Assembly (NCBI GenBank): GCA_024704765.1
Contig: JAKMXF010000006.1
Coordinates: 62,795-126,794, forward strand
Source: Oopsacas minuta
Lineage: Eukaryota > Animalia > Porifera
Direction: 5' to 3'
Length of the DNA stretch: 64,000 nt
Shown: positions 61,141 to 64,000 of the stretch, piece after piece
Layout: each line of letters begins with the position of its first letter
Numbering within the stretch: position 1 is the first letter of the stretch
The notes under the pieces: model-generated
The model's database searches: none
The model's input: the letters and a program-made list of their open reading frames with translations, nothing else
Told to the model about the DNA's origin: nothing
Translations under genes and position numbers: made by a program

Positions 61141-63050
61141 CCATTCCCCTTCTCTCTACTTGCTTGTGTGGCGCTGTCCTTCTTTTCAAACTGCATAGTA
61201 GGTGTAGCGTGACCGTTTCTATTCTCGGAATGAGTAACGTCTCTTCTTCATTCTTGTATCGCTTGTTGTTAGCCAGTTTTCATCGGTATATGTATCCGGT
61301 AAGACCTCCTAAGGGAGTATAGATGCTTTCATGTTGTTCACACCCTTCGCTGCAGCCATTCGATTCAGACGACTCTACCACATATATATCCTGACAGTTC
61401 TCGTCTCCTACAGCTGCATCTTGACCCCCTGTTTTATGACGTGTACAGGGTACCGCAGTTAGGGCTGCCTGGATGAAAACAGGTTCTGCACCATCGCACT
61501 TCTTAGTGATTGAGGTGGACCCATTTATCCTGAGTATTTAGGGGTAGTTTTACATCTGATCTTCGATAGGTTTGATCTTCCTTGCCCTTTATCCCTTTGT
61601 CCAAGTACCGCTCCAATTCTTGTCCCACAGCGTCTGTTTCTATGTGGAACTCTTGTTCCCAATTTGGAAAGGCTGGCGTCACTGGCTCTTCTAGTAAACA
61701 CAGTCTCAATCTGTCGAAGGCATGTTCGCAGGATTGTCTCTATAATCATCTTGTTCCCGTCTTCGTAGGAGCGTAGAGAGGTTCTGCTATCGTCGAGAAA
61801 TTCCTTATGTAGCATCTATAATAGTTTACCATACCTAATTAGCTCTGTAGCTCCTGTGCGTTCTCTAGTCGGGGAAATTTATGAATCCTTTGTGAGTAAC
61901 TATCCAATGGGCCTTTACCCTTTCTAGATATTCAGTGCCCTAGGAACTCAACGCAGTGGTAAGCAATCCCCGCAATTCAACTATTTCTAAGCAACTCAAA
62001 GCCTTGCCAAGATGTACCGAATGCTCCTCCAAGGTTTGAGAGTATACTACGATATCATCCACGTAACTTTCTGTATTGGTTGCGTCCTTCAAGGCTTGGT
62101 CCATCAGCCGCTGGAAGCTGGCTTGGCTATTACAGGTAAAGGACATCACCATCATCTCGAAAGTCGACGTAGTGTGGAATGCTGTTTTTCAATGTCTCGT
62201 TCTAGAATGGGTACTGTTCAATAGGCGCTCGCGATGTGCAATTTAGAGAAAAAACGGTTCCCTTCGAGTTTATCGAAAATGAACTGTTGGTTAGGTAGCT
62301 TATATTCCTGTCCCTATGATAGGCTATGTGAATGTGGAGATATTCGGACATGACGAACTTAATTAGATACACGCTACGTTATATGACCAGAGATGGACTC
62401 CCGAAAGCTGCCAGACCACGAAGAATACTGCCGAAATGTGAGCCGGTGATAAATCGCCAACTTGGAGAGATGGTTGAAGTGGTTCCACCCATCTGCCGTC
62501 GATGTAATTCCCCATGGAGTTCAGACGTAGTTCTGGTGAAGAAAAAGGACTGCAGCCTCAGACTTGCAGTGGATTATAGGCATTTGAACGCTGTCACGAA
62601 ACGTGACGATTACTACAGAGTCCGTATACTCTACCAGGTGCTTTCACCATTCTATCAATGAGTTTCGTCTTTCTCGCCTTGTTCATATCTATTACGCACG
62701 GATTCGCACCCGTATCGAGCATGACGGCTAGCTCTTTCACATTTGTCCAGACATGGGCTGTTACGGCGTCCTCTCTAGCTGGCAATGGGTAAACTCGATC
62801 TTTCCGTCTCCAGTTCGATTCTTTTCTGCTGATCCCATGTTCCCATTTTGTGCGACAATTATTCGAAAGATGACTATTCCTCCTGTAAACACCACACTTC
62901 TTGTTTGGGCAATTTCTGACAAGATGCCGTATGGTCACAACCGTAGCACTTGAATTTCAAGCCCTCTCACCCAAATCATATTCTTCTGGCGGGAAGGGTC
63001 TCTTTTTATCTGGACTGTGTTCACGTAATTATCCTCAAAGTCTGATTCTT
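61141..63050 (-). mobile_element. Degenerate Ty3/Gypsy retrotransposon (gag zinc knuckle, protease, RT, RNase H), 5' LTR absent
   Basis: CCHC-like VRNCPNKKCG..HLSNNC; protease VMLDTGANPCVID; RT PWSS.VVLVKKKD.SLRL.VDYR.LN, FFSKL.IASAY, SYVDDIVVYS; RNase H FHIETDA and IGAVLGQ. Many stops and frameshifts. Confidence 0.9.
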
Positions 63051-63120
63051 GAATCTCTGTAAGATAACCTGGCAACTAAGCAGAAAATTTGGAATGTGGA
63101 TTTGTCATTGTTATAATATA

Positions 63121-63160
63121 CTAGTGCGCTTCGCATACTAGCTCGCTGTGCGACAGCTTA
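63121..63160 (-). repeat. Canonical Helitron 3' end (family B)
   Basis: Minus strand gctgtcgcacagcgagctagtatgcgaagcgcaCTAG|T, related to 22672-22716. Confidence 0.5.
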
Positions 63161-63820
63161 GCGCTCAGGTTAGATTAAGTATAAAACAGATAAATTTTTG
63201 ATGCTTAGGGTCGCTAAATGACGGGATATACTCGCCACTACGTGTCTGGTGGTAAATTTTTGTAGAAATCAAAATTTTGTATTATCCATGGTACATCCAA
63301 ATTACCATGAAGGGCCTTCTGTGGTGGCACTGGAGAAGCTATGTCGCTTTTGGTTAGTAATCTCGGCACTTCGTGCCTCGGGTATCAATAAATTCTGAAA
63401 TTTTTCTAAATTTGAAAAATTTTGATGTTTTTGTACAGTCTTGATGACGAAATAATCCCATGATGAGTTGGCTTTTAATAAGATTCATGACGTCGGGACA
63501 TTTGTCACATTTAGGGATACCTGTGATTCAATTTTCAAACTTATATCATGTATATTGGCTGAGCAGCGGTCAATAATGTGATTATTCAAAAATAAAATTA
63601 TCAAATTTGAATTAATTAAAGCCACCCTTTTTGTGAGTAGCCAGATGGCTGTGCCTACTTTGCGGTCTTGCCTAAAGGTATATCCGGCACTGGTCTGTAT
63701 CCCGAAAATATATTTGTGCCCCACTAGAAATGGCTTGTGCCACCCTGGTGCCGGTCCAGTTGTAGCGCCCTGGCGGATTTCCTGCCTAAAATACGTGAAT
63801 CTTATATTATCTCTCATATA

Positions 63821-64000
63821 CAGGGTGGCTCCAAAGTTCTGATACAAAATCATGATTAATATACAACCATTATCAGGAAGTATTCTCAATGGTTTGCTCT
63901 TCCATGACATACCTTATATGCTTCCTAACAAATATTATTTCAATTTGGTGTATTCTATTTCGAAAAAAAATTGTGATTGACCATGGAATCTGAGAGGTCA
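63821..64000 (+). mobile_element. Possible left end of a mariner/maT-like element running off the window
   Basis: TA|CAGGGTGGCTCCAAAG resembles the CAGGGTG TIR start of the maT element at 1546. Confidence 0.3.

Noticed and set aside
1698-62230. Many premature stops fall at Trp positions (TGA/TAG in the transposase, both esterases and Gypsy RT), suggesting TGA=Trp recoding
   Set aside because: TGA is a normal terminator of the actin ORF, one case is TAG, and frameshifts co-occur; G>A decay of TGG explains it.

Overview
AT-rich eukaryotic (animal) DNA with GT-AG introns and dense small DNA-transposon relics. The degraded NHL-repeat gene, the SRCR/C-type lectin/FN3 mosaic gene and the orphan 7TM gene suggest a sponge, possibly a glass sponge (inference only). 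Genes, left to right: maT (DD37D) transposase pseudogene; NHL-repeat pseudogene; an intact, intronless, bacterial-type GH18 Endo H-like endo-beta-N-acetylglucosaminidase with a Shine-Dalgarno-like AAGGAG 10 nt upstream of its ATG (best horizontal-transfer candidate); an intact divergent actin with substitutions at nucleotide-binding and hydrolysis residues; two tandem 3-coding-exon type-B carboxylesterase paralogues, each with a lesion; an orphan ORF; a multi-exon SRCR-CLECT-Ig-SRCR-Ig-CLECT-CLECT-EGF-7xFN3 gene whose last donor site appears mutated; an Arf-like GTPase lacking the catalytic Gln; a frameshifted 7TM gene; and a Gypsy relic with a precise internal inversion. Many hAT, Tc1/pogo, PIF, MULE/foldback and Helitron-like non-autonomous elements are present. 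No rRNA, convincing tRNA or CRISPR was seen. All alignments, counts and coordinates were done by eye.
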